From Tubiluchus corallicola (Eukaryota > Animalia > Priapulida): a stretch of DNA of 64,000 nt. The notes beneath the pieces are model-generated. The model was given only the letters and a program-made list of their open reading frames with translations. It did not search any database and was not told where the DNA came from. How positions within the stretch are numbered: the stretch's first letter is position 1; each line of letters starts with the position of its first letter. Shown piece after piece: positions 38,256 through 51,200 of the stretch. The stretch spans positions 3,465 to 67,464 of the forward strand of contig JAQGDQ010001052.1 of assembly GCA_030141605.1 (NCBI GenBank). Direction: 5' to 3'. The translations under genes were made by a program, and so were the position numbers.

Positions 38256-38639
38256 TAGGGTTACCATATTGTCTGAGTTGAAAAAGAGGACCACGTGTTG
38301 AGCATTCGGCTTCCTAGTAAACACGTGTACTTGGCTTTCATTTCATCTGTAAATGCACACTGTCGTTTCGGCATTGCTACTTTCTAATTAACTTTTACCA
38401 GTGCTCAAAACAGTGAAACTGTACAAATTTAAAGATATTCACATAAAAACAAACAAAATGACTCCCGGAAGCTGACGTCATTTTAAATCTTTAGCGAATA
38501 TGAGCTTTTCTTTGTTTCATACTGTTGTACGCCTCTGCAGTTGGCAACGTCTGTACATACTTACGGATTGAGGCAAAACCCGGACAAACTGCCTAAAAAG
38601 AGGACGTGTCCAGGGAAACCCGGATGTATGGTAACCCTA
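38256..38639. mobile_element. hAT-type MITE, family A copy 2
   Basis: TIR TAGGGTTACCATA, 8-bp TSD TGTATAGC. Confidence 0.88.
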
Positions 38640-39489
38640 TGTATAGCCAGTCAAATGGGAAGGGTTGGCGAAGAACATACGTTATCGAATTAGTCTATTT
38701 ATAATTTTTTTGCATGAAGAGCCAATGATCACTGATCAAATATAATAATTTTGAATTATATACTGTAAAAGACATTAGGAACAAGTCTTCATGTCTAAAT
38801 GAGCAAAAACAAAAAAAATGTACTAGCATGCCAAATATGACATAATTTGCATGTGGCTTTAATTTTAGTAATAACTCAATAAACCAAAAAACTAAGAAAA
38901 ATAAGGAAACATGCATTTTATGAACGTATTAAAATGATTGTTGTGTTTTGTTTCTCTCGGAAGGCTCGTAGAGAAAACCAGAAAACACTTCATCAAATTA
39001 AACTAGTTTATTAAGCGAGAATTCTACAACACAAAAGTATGAAGGAACACGAAGTGATTACACTAAATGTGAAAATCTGCAAAACGTTTAAGTGTATCCC
39101 AAATTACAAGTATACAAGAGAAAGTGTAAGTGGCGTCCGTGTGAATCTGTGTGCCTCTGTCAGCGACCTGCTTCGCCTTATATAGCGTGCCCCAGAAGCT
39201 TCTAGAAGTTTTGTTCCCGAACATTCTACATGGTAAGACGATCATTCTAACGGAACATTCTACAATGTGCTATGTAATTCTGATAGATGCCAGCGATCTC
39301 CACAACAATGATGTAAACCAAAAATTTATGTAAAATCATAACCAAATATAAATGCAATAAATCATGTTATGAAATACGTAGTATGCAAACTATTGATACA
39401 GATGATAACAAAAACAAAACAAAACAAAACAAAACATAAATGATTAAATATAGTAATGTAGCGTGGCAGAATAGCACATTAATTATATG

Positions 39490-40280
39490 ACTAGCAAAGG
39501 CCCCGCAAAAGATTTTGCGTAAAAATCCACGTATAATCAATAACACGCGAACATCCTACACAGTCCTCATGTATAACGCAAAGCCCGTAACATCCTGCCT
39601 ACTTACCTAACGCAAAACCTGTACTCGTGCCTACTGTATGTTTAACTAACGCAAAGCAGCTTTTTGCTGAATTAAAGCTATAAGCAATAATGGATGACGT
39701 CAGCACAATGGAATTCGTCACAACAGTTTTCTAAGCGAAAATCGCCGAAAATAGAACAGCTAATTAACTCGTCGGTAATCCTCTCGGTGGACCTGCCCTA
39801 AAATATAACCCACATCATCGTGTAGCCCTGTCCTTCCTCTTTGTAAAGAGCTATATATCTCCTTCCGAGAGTCCCACTGGGCGACGCTAGAACATTTTTC
39901 CCGCAGGCTGTTTGGTCAAAATTTCGAAAAAGTCGCGAGTTGGGTCCGGGAAAACGCCCGTTGCGGGACGCCGTGGCCCTCTCGGGAATTCTAAATATGC
40001 CTACTACACCCACCGCTGAACGGGCTATCTATCCATACCCAGCACTACCCTCGGCCCGTTCCCGTTCTCTACATCTCAGCCGTATAACTTTTGCAAAAAA
40101 CGGCCGAAAAATGGCCATTTTCGGAGGTTTTTCGTCCCCCGTTCCTCCCGGTGGGCCCGATTCGAAAAATAAACCATCAATGGCACGACACTAGATCGAG
40201 ACCTTTCGTTTGATATATAGATCGCCGCAAATGGTGCCCTCGTCCGGGCTGTAGCCTCGAATCTTATATATATATATATA
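39490..40280 (-). mobile_element. Non-autonomous Helitron-like element
   Basis: The minus-strand 3' end has the hairpin CGCAAAA-TC-TTTTGCG followed by CTAG|T, and the other end lies in a (TA)n tract. An inverted partial copy is at ~38008-38225. Confidence 0.65.
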
Positions 40281-40554
40281 TATTAAGATACCAAGAATAT
40301 TAATATAATAGTAGATTGATTGAAAAATAAAACAATTTTATGCATGTAATGTTTATGTGTAAATTGATTCTGTAACCATATATAAAGTAAACATTTACCT
40401 GAAATATAAGTCAACAGAATTTCAAATAAGAAAGGAACATTTAATTTTAAAAACGAAAATCTCATCACCATGACAATTGAGACACGTTTGTAAAGGCTGC
40501 CGATTTAAGTTAAAATTGATTTAATCTTTTTTAAGGTTTTTGATTTCGTCTAAT

Positions 40555-40686
40555 ATGAAGGCTCTTCCGTCGTCCACAGTTCAACTTATTGGAAGTGGAC
40601 AGGTCATCACAACGGTCAGCAGCATTGTGAAGGAATTATTGGAAAATTCTTTAGATGCACAAGCAACCACTATTGAAATAAAATTG
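40555..40686 (+). CDS. PMS1: PMS1 coding exon 1
   Basis: [44 protein letters not shown]. An upstream acceptor at ~40535 implies a non-coding first exon. Confidence 0.95.
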
Positions 40687-42234
40687 GTATGAGCACCGGA
40701 AAATTTATTAAATTTAGAGATAAATTCAGCTAAACCTAACTCTTGGACCACTTCACTCATAATAGGTCACATAAGACCTCTGACTTTTCTGCTATGGCAT
40801 GAGCACAGACATAACTAAATGATTATAATTTAGGTACTGTTCTATTCAGGAGAATCTCGGCTATCCATTCTTGCTGTTTGATTTAAACATTTATAAGTGA
40901 CTTATATTGATAAAATTAAGAAAAACTCGCCATTTTCAGGCACCTCAACATAGCCTATTGATTAGCTTAGTCTGGTGTACACTTACGTGATTGTACACAC
41001 TTGATTTATTGATCACCTGCTTGCTACAGCCCAAGAGAACCTGCTGCTGTATAGAGTTCCAGGCAAAACCAACTGATCAGCAAAACAGAAATTAAGATCG
41101 ATTCGTCTTTTAACAGGAATTGGACCTTAAAAATATAGTGGACTTGAGACCAAAGTTTATCAGAGTGTTGTGTCTGGATAGTTGAAATTTTCTGCATTAG
41201 CTGATTTCACACAAATGATACTGTACTTTGTTACAGTGCAAACACTGCAGTTACTAAAAGCTTTTTTTTTAAATTTTCAACAAAAATCGATTTTTAATTT
41301 GTATAAGGTAATCAAATGCATTTCGTACATAATTTTGCATGAAAATCCGTTGTGTGAGGAATAGAAACCTACAAAAATGATCAAATAAATGATTTGTATC
41401 AAGTAATCTTTGCTTTGTGCAAGTGGTTTTTCATGAAGCCATGCTTTTACAGTCCTGAAGGAATTTTAACGCGAATGCTTGAATTACCCATGGAGATAAT
41501 TATGCTAGTATTTATTAATTTCGAGCACTAATTTCATTTCATTTACTGACAATTGCAAATCTTTATTGTAGGAAAATTTTGGTTTTGATAAAATTGAAGT
41601 AAGGGATAATGGAAGAGGAATTAAAGCTTCTGACAGGGAGTACATGGCACGGAGTAGATACACTTCAAAAATCTCTTCACACTTAGATTTACTACAGCTT
41701 CATACGTAAGTAAAACAAACAGCTTATTGGTAATATAATAATAATAATTCATTTTGTTATGAGCAGTACATTGCGTTTCATCACTCGTTACAATAAAACA
41801 CAATTAGTTGTAAATTTAGGAAATTAAAATACTAGTAAAAATGCTACCTATGCAGGTTAAAAGCGGAAAAGCAAACATTTCAAAAATAGTAATGGATTAC
41901 CTGCACATTCGAAAATTTCTCAAATAGATTTTTGATTCTTTTTTTTATATTATTAACATATTTTTAACTTATTAGTAACGTATTTTTAATGGCAAGAATA
42001 GTGATAATTACTAACGAAGAAGCCGTTTCGAAAAATGAAGAAAAACACCATTTCAAACCACAACTGTCATTTACCTTCAGGTGGGAAAAAGAAAAAAATC
42101 ACTTCAAATAAGTGAATACAGATTTTTTTGTGTTTTTTGTATTAAAATATTGATTTTTTGACAAGTTTATTTAAAGTTGATTATTTACGTAAAACCGTGA
42201 ACACTGAAAGCTCTTTACTGACTTAACACTTTAA

Positions 42235-42272
<38 letters not shown>

Positions 42273-45200
42273 GTATGAGTTTATTTCGCATAAAAATATA
42301 TAGCTTATAAAGACAACAGGATGTTAGTAAAGTAACGCATCTATAGAAATTCAGCTTTGTAATGTCCACTCATTTCAGTACTGTTGTAATTACATTACAA
42401 TATGCGATGTTGCAAGTATCTATAACAGGTATCTTAGGGCGTAATCTTTAAATGAGTTGTTTGCCTTCAGTAGTCTTGTAATTACATTACAATATGCGAT
42501 GTTGCAAGTATCTATAACAGGTATCTTAAAGCGTAATCTTTAAATGAGTTGTTTGCCTTCAGTACTCTTGTAATTACGTTACAATATGCGATGTTGCAAG
42601 TATCTATAACAGGTATCTTAGGGCGTAATCTTTAAATGAGTTGTTTGCCTTCAGTACTCTTGTAATTACATTACAATATGCGATGTTGCAAGTATCTATA
42701 ACAGGTATCTTAAAACGTAATCTTTAAATGAGTTGTTTGCCTTCAGTACTCTTGTAATTACGTTACAATATGCGATGTTGCAAGTATCTATAACAGGTAT
42801 CTTAAAACGTAATCTTTAAATGAGTTGTTTGCCTTCAGTACTCTTGTAATTACATTACAATATGCGATGTTGCAAGTATCTATAACAGGTATCTTAAAAC
42901 GTAATCTTTAAATGAGTTGTTTGCCTTCAGTACTCTTGTAATTACATTACAATATGCGATGTTGCAAGTATCTATAACAGGTATCTTAAAACGTAATCTT
43001 TAAATGAGTTGTTTGCCTTCAGTACTCTTGTAATTACATTACAATATGCGATGTTGCAAGTATCTATAACAGGTATCTTAAAACGTAATCTTTAAATGAG
43101 TTGTTTGCCTTCAGTACTCTTGTAATTACATTACAATATGCGATGTTGCAAGTATCTATAACAGGTATCTTAAAACGTAATCTTTAAATGAGTTGTTTGC
43201 CTTCAGTACTCTTGTAATTACATTACAATATGCGATGTTGCAAGTATCTATAACAGGTATCTTAAAGCGTAATCTTTAAATGAGTTGTTTGCCTTCAGTA
43301 CTCTTGTAATTACATTACAATATGCGATGTTGCAAGTATCTATAACAGGTATCTTAAAACGTAATCTTTAAATGAGTTGTTTGCCTTCAGTACTCTTGTA
43401 ATTACATTACAATATGCGATCAGTGATACTTGATATACAGCAGCAGTATCAACTGATTCATTCTTGCTAAATTCAAGCCTTGATCTCTATTCCCGCACTG
43501 TCACTATGTGCAGTATTTTGTTTGCTTCGTGCTACGAAACTTTCATATTTTTTTGCAAGGTATGGTTTTCGAGGTGAGGCCTTGTATGCCCTGTGTGTCC
43601 TGTCCGATGTTACGATTACCACAAAGACAGCTGACGATTCGGTTGGTTTTAGCTACACTCTGGATCACAGTGGCTACATAATTGGCAAAAAACCTTCACA
43701 CCTGGAGACAGGTAAAATTATCAAATTTTGTATAATGCTGTAGTGAAATTGTTTCTAACATGTTAATTTGCTCTTCTTTGACCAGTCCAATTGCGATAAA
43801 CAGTTTGTGCAAAAGTTTACAATTCTCCACATCATTTAAATATCCTAACCCCAATCCCAGGGTTCATCCAACTCTAGTTCTAATCCAGTCCAATTGCAAT
43901 AAACAGTTTGTGAAAAAGTTTACAATTCTCCACATGATTTAAATATCCTAACCCCAATCCCAGGGTTCACCCAACTCTAAATCTAATCCAGTCCAATTGC
44001 AATAAACAGTTTGTGAAAAAGTTTACAATTCTCTGCATGATTTAAATATCCTAACCCCAATCCCAGGGTTCACCCAACTCTAAATCTAATCCGGTCCAAT
44101 TGCAATAAACAGTTTGTGAAGAAGTTTACAATTCTCCACATGATTTAAATATCCTAACCCCAATCCCAGGGTTCACCCAACTCTAAATCTAATCCAGTCC
44201 AATTGCAATAAACAGTTTGTGAAAAAGTTTACAATTCTCTGCATGATTTAAATATCCTAACCCCAATCCCAGGGTTCACCCAACTCTAAATCTAATCCGG
44301 TCCAATTGCAATAAACAGTTTGTGAAAAAGTTTACAATTCTCTACATGATTTAAATATCCTAACCCCAATCCCAGGGTTAACCCAACTCAAGTTCTAGTC
44401 CGCTTCACGAACTAAGTTCTTGTGAATGTGATAGGGTTGAGACAGTTAACCCTTTAACCGACTATTAACTGATGTAACTGTTTTGAAAATCACTAACCGT
44501 TTAACCGTTACTTAGCCAAGTTTTCTACGTATCCGTATCAATGAAACCTTGTATGTTAATGAACCCTTGTATGTTTTCTCAGTTGGTGTACGCAGTTAGC
44601 AATGTCCCGCTTACGTAAAATTCTGCTATTTACAACATTGTTTCAATTAATTCGGTTGCCTAAGAAGCATCTAAATGATAAATTGCAAAAAGTTTTGCAC
44701 TCGTGTATGTTACGAGGAACCAGTCAACCAATGACAATTAATAACGGTCAAACAGTTTAAAAGCCTAATCATCTCAGCTCTGCTGTCGAGAATTGTAAAC
44801 TTTTGCCATAGTTTCATATCCAGGCCTGTGCATGTACGCGTAAAATAATAATTTTTTCTATATAGGCGATCGAGTCTTCACTTGTCAAAAAAGATTTCTG
44901 ATGTTGCTTCAGCCTGTTGTGAATTCTGTAGACTAATTCTCTCCCGCTAAACTGATAAGTAAGCCGTATTCATAAGATCCTGAAATCTGCATTTATCTCC
45001 TTTCTAGCTACTCAATTAGCTTAGCTTGGATATTGAAATTGACTGTCGCAAACTAAACCCTCACTATAATATCAGCTTTTACAACTTAAAATCCAACTCA
45101 CATATGAATATTTAATTTAATTTATTATAGACTTAATGTAAAACTAGTTTCTTTTGATTCATTATCACTTCGCTGTTAGCGGTGTTAAATTTGTAGAACT

Positions 45201-48200
45201 GCGAGACAAAGGATGTTATGAGGTCACCAAAGATCGGTAAACAAACATCGCTAACTAAAGATGCTTTCAGTAGTGTTTGGGCTTTACGGTGACAAAAACA
45301 AAGTCATCATTTCTTGCTTAGCATAACAGTTTATTGTTTGTATACAATCTTCACGTCATGTGCCCCTTAGTCATTTACTTCATATCTGACACTGAGACGC
45401 CATTACCCAAAATTATACATTTTATCTGAAACGAGATATATGAATTTCTTTAATAAACTAATTCATTTCTTATCAAAAGATCGATTACGATTACGTGAAA
45501 TTAATGAGAGACTTACAGTAAATAACTAAATAAAATTTACATATATCGTTGGCATTAAATCGTGAGTTACACAGAAACACGTCATCACATGAACACATTG
45601 AAACTTGAATGACCGAAAATTGACTAAGATGCAAATATTGAAGCCAGATGTCGCCACTTGTAACTGTAAAACACTATATTAAATTTAACAAACAAAAAAC
45701 CTTGACATGTAGGCTGTACGTCATTCTCGCTCACTCATGCCAAAGACGTGAAACGTGACGATCTTTACGACATTGCAAGCGTTCGAAATTCACCAGAAAA
45801 AAGTTTGTTATTTAATTTAAAGCCTCTTTTGTTCAATAATAACTACGAATTCTTTGTATAATCGTAATAATGTGTTAAAAAAGTTCAGTGTCTGTTGGGT
45901 CTATATAGATGTTTAAGCATATATTCTTGGAGAAAGAGGTGGCAACAGAATCTGTCTCTGTTTTTTACCAGGAACGTGTGTACTGGTCACCAGGTTATTC
46001 CACAATCTTCCCGTAAGAAAACAGTTTTGCACAAACAAACAGAATTTGTATTTGTTTTTTACCAGGAACATGTGTACTGGTCACCAGGTTATTCCACAAT
46101 CTTCCCGTAAGAAAACAGTTTTGCACAAACAAACAGAATTTGTATCTGTTTTTTACCAGGAACGTGTGTACTGGTCACCAGGTTATTCCACAATCTTCCC
46201 GTAAGAAAACAGTTTTGCACAAACAAACAGAATTTGTATCTGTTTTTTACCAGGAACGTGTGTACTGGTCACCAGGTTATTCCACAATCTTCCCGTAAGA
46301 AAACAGTTTTGCTCAAACAAACAGAATTTGTATCTGTTTTTTACCAGGAACGTGTGTACTGGTCACCAGGTTATTCCACAATCTTCCCGTAAGAAAACAG
46401 TTTTGCACAAACAAACAGAATTTGTATTTGTTTTTTTACCAGGAACGTGTGTACTGGTCACCAGGTTATTCCACAATCTTCCCGTAAGAAAACAGTTTTG
46501 CACAAACAAACAGAATTTCTGTCTGTTTTTTACCAGGAACGTGTGTACTGGTCACCAGGTTATTCCACAATCTTCCCGTAAGAAAACAGTTTTGCACAAA
46601 CAAACAGAATTTGTATCTGTTTTTTACCAGGAACGTGTGTACTGGTCACCAGGTTATTCCACAATCTTCCCGTAAGAAAACAGTTTTGCTCAAACAAACA
46701 GAATTTGTATCTGTTTTTTACCAGGAACGTGTGTACTGGTCACCAGGTTATTCCACAATCTTCCCGTAAGAAAACAGTTTTGCACAAACAAACAGAATTT
46801 GTATTTGTTTTTTTACCAGGAACGTGTGTACTGGTCACCAGGTTATTCCACAATCTTCCCGTAAGAAAACAGTTTTGCACAAACAAACAGAATTTCTGTC
46901 TGTTTTTTACCAGGAACGTGTGTACTGGTCACCAGGTTATTCCACAATCTTCCCGTAAGAAAACAGTTTTGCACAAACAAGAAGAAACGAAGCACAGAAT
47001 TGAACAAGGTCATAGAGCTTCTTCGTGCTTACGGTCTGGTTTACCCGCGAGTTCGTTTAATTCTGAGACACGACAGGGACGTTGTTTGGCAAAAAGATGT
47101 TTTTCACGACACGCGATCGTCACTATCGTCGTTGCTTGGTGTTGACCTGGCAAATAGTTTAGAGCATGTCAAACTGTGCAGAGATCAGGTTTGTAATATT
47201 TGATCTCATTGAGGTAAGATTTGAGTTTGGCTTGTCGTCAGGTAAGGAAGTACAATAGGTGACATTTATTAGACTCACGGTTAATTGACTCAATCGCTTA
47301 ATTGACTCAAAAACATCTAGTACGGGCCGCTTCTGTTCAAATGTACATAAAAACTGTTGGTAATTGACTCAATATTTTTACTTCATATACTTAAAATAAG
47401 ATACTTGTGTGTGCCCAAAGAGCTTTTATTGCTTGCATATCATCTTTATATTGATTTTATGTATTAAATATTGACTATAATATACATATAAACAGTCATG
47501 TTAAGTACAGCTTTGTTTGTAAGCAGATACAATACGTTTATCACATGCACTAATATGTTAGCTTAGCGGGTTTGCTTTGAATCTGTCACCCGCTTGTCCA
47601 CTGCAATTAACCTCGTTGTTTCTGGAAGCTAAACATTTAATCACTTGACCAGCGGTTTGCTTTGAATCTGTCACCCGCTTGTCCACTGCAGTTAACCTCG
47701 TTGTTTCTGGAAGCTAAACATTTAATCACTTGACTAGCGGTTTGCTTTGAATCTGTCACCCGCTTGTCCACTGCAGTTAACCTCATTATTTCTGGAAGCT
47801 AAACATTTAATCACTTGACCAGCGGTTTGCTTTGAATCTGTCATCCGCTTGTCCACTGCAGTTAACCTCGTTGTTTCTGAAAGCTAAACATTTAATCGCT
47901 TGACCAGCGGTTTGCTTTGAGTCTGTCACCCGCTAGTCCACTGCAGTTAACCTCATTGTTTCTGGAAGCTAAACATTTAATCACTTGACCAGCGGTTTGC
48001 TTTGAATCTGCTACCCGCTTGTCCACTGCAGTTAACCTCGTTGTTTCTGGAAGCTGAACATTTAATCACTTGACCGGCGGTTTTGCTTTGAATCTGTCAC
48101 CCGCTTGTCCACTGCAGTTAACCTCATTGTTTCTGGAAGCTAAACGTTTATTCACTTGACCAGTGGTTTGCCTTGAATCTGTCACCCGCTTGTCCACTGC

Positions 48201-51200
48201 AGTTAACCTCATTGTTTCTGGAAGCTAAACGTTTATTCACTTGACCAGTGGTTTGCCTTGAATCTGTCACCCGCTTGTCCACTGCAGTTAACCTCATTGT
48301 TTCTGGAAGCTAAACATTTAATCACTTGACCAGTGGTTTGCTTTGAATCTGTCACCCGCTTGTCCACTGCAGTTAACCTCATTGTTTCTGGAAGCTAAAC
48401 ATTTAATCACTTGACCAGCGGTTTGCTTTGAATCTGTCACCCGCTTGTCCACTGCAGTTAACCTCATTATTTCTGGAAGCTAAACATTTAATCACTTGAC
48501 CAGCGGTTTGCTGTTGAATCTGTCGCCCGCTTGTCCACTGCAGGTAACTTCAATGTTTCTGGAAGCTAAACATTTAATCACTTGACCAGCGGTTTGCTTT
48601 GAATCTGTCACCCGCTTGTCCACTGCAGTTAACCTCATTGTTTCTGGAAGCTAAACATTTAATCACTTGACCAGCGGTTTGCTTTGAATCTGTCACCCGC
48701 TTGTCCACTGCAGTTAACCTCATTATTTCTGGAAGCTAAACATTTAATCACTTGACCAGCGGTTTGCTTTGAATCTGCTACCCGCTTGTCCACTGCAGTT
48801 AACCTCATTATTTCTGGAAGCTAAACATTTAATCACTTGACCAGCGGTTTGCTTTGAATCTGTCACCCGCTTGTCCACTGCAGTTAACCTCATTGTTTCT
48901 GGAAGCTAAACATTTAATCACTTGACCAGCGGTTTGCTTTGAATCTGTCACCCGCTTGTCCACTGCAGTTAACCTCGTTGTTTCTGGAAGCTAAACATTT
49001 AATCACTTGACCAGCAGTTTGCTTTGAATCTGTCACCCGCTTGTCCACTGCAGTTAACCTCGTTGTTTCTGGAAGCTAAACATTTAATCACTTGACCAGC
49101 GGTTTGCTGTTGAAGTTCCCGCTGCTTTTCACAGGGGAAACAAGGTCATCACTTCAGCTCAAGCACTAGGTGACTAGGTGTTTTGAGTGAATATGTACAG
49201 TATACAGTAACAGATTTTCAATGTTTTTATCATTATGAGAATTTCATAAACCAACTTCTTCGTGAAGAAATGAAGTAACCGACCTTGCATGAAGTTTTGT
49301 AATTTTTAGTGCGATTTTTTAATCAAATTTTTGCAATTTTTTTTATTTCTTTATTAATTCACTTATATAAATTAATTTTCTTATATAATTGCACATAGGA
49401 ATTTTGTTATTAATTCGTTTCTAAAATTCATTTAAATCCTTTCCAATGCATACTAACATGAAGAATGAAGGCTCATTTTTCTACAGTAGTAGTGGGTTAA
49501 AGCCTTCAGTTAATTTGGTCAAAACACTTGCATCCCAAAGCGAGTCTATTAAGGGGTGCCTACTGTATTTCGAATTGTCAACAACAAAATTTGCTTAGAA
49601 CTATTGAGCACTAAGTGCATGTTGAGATCTCTAAAAATATTCCTCAGTTTTCATGTTTAAAGGAAAGGAAAACACTTCATAAATGAAGCTTGGAAAATTT
49701 GTATCACTCACATGCTGTCTTGCTGCACACAGGGCTTGCAGTAGCAGTAACGGTGTATAAAACTTAAACTTCTGTGATGACCATTAGGCACAGACACTTT
49801 AACGCTAAGTCATTTGAAAGGAGTTTTGATTACATTGCGTACAGTTTGAAAAAAAATAATCAGCGCGCGATTCACTAACTACTGTAATAGTAACAGTTTT
49901 AACAGCTAGCTAGAATCTTACCTAGTTCATTTTTCTTGTTCCCAAGCAAGATCCTGCTAGTAAATCACTCTTTGTACAGACTAATGCGTAATTAAGTAAA
50001 GTATTAAATATAAATTAGTAAAGTCCACGTACAACAACTAAAGGTACTGAACTGATGTGCCAGATGGCTTTACTTTACTCACACGTGACATGGCGGTTGT
50101 AGCTAAGATACATTGCTGTGGTACACGTAACCTTTAAACCTACAGCACTTGTGCTTGTGTACAACGAAACTGTGAAAAGGCTTATTGAAATTTGATTTGC
50201 AAATAATGGCATCACAGAGTTGTGTGTTTCTTATAACACCAAAAGAGACATTACATGATAACTCGTATTATTAATTAATTATTCTATAAACAGGTAACGA
50301 TGGAAGCTTTTTTGCCAAAGCCCGACCCAACAGGTAGATTTCTGCAATCATCTGATAGCAAAACCTTCATGTTTGTCAACAACAGACCCGTGGAATTAAA
50401 AGAATTTTCTGCTGTAGGTATTCTTAACGAACTTCTTTCTTGGTACGGAGGATGTTCAAGTTTTCTGCCCATGTTCTAACATCACTAAGCTTTATTAGAT
50501 TACGTTTTGCTCCATAGTATCAGTCCTGTCTTAAGGACTCCCCATTTAGCGACAGTCTGTTTTAACAACGCTGAACATTTGACATCTTTTCTCGCTTGAC
50601 GACGCACGTTTCATTTAAATTTTCATTTTATCAACAACATTTGTAACACTAAAGCAGCACATATTGCATCATTCTGTTCTATGAAAAAGACTAGTAATTA
50701 AAATAGTGTAGTTATTTATCTATGTTTTTGCTGTCTTACTGACTACTACATGCTAGTCATTTGCTGATTATTTAATTAATATGCAATCAACAACTGTATC
50801 TAGATATTAATATCTATATTCTTTTGGGTTAAACACTTCTCAGAGACTAAGGAGTGAGTTCAGAATGCTTTAAGGACAAGATACATTTCATGTCAGCAAC
50901 GTTGCAAGCTTTGTATAGGCTTCACACTGAATACGTTTATTCAAACATTTCGAGAGATTTAGGTATACGCTTCTCTACTGAATACTATGCTTTAAACACT
51001 TCTCAGAGACTAAGGAGTGAGTTCAGAATGCTTTAAGGACAAGATACATTTCATGTCAGCAACGTTGGAAACTTTGTATAGGCTTCACACTGAATACGTT
51101 TGTTCAAACATTTCGAGAGATTTAGGTATACATTTCACTACTGAATGCTATGGTTTAAACACTTCTCAGAGACTAAGGAGTGAGTTCAGAATGCTTTAAG

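Noticed and set aside
46328-47145. ORF-track proteins suggesting a frameshifted PMS1 pseudogene
   Set aside because: Using the last acceptor (46914) gives an intact exon in phase with exons 3 and 5.
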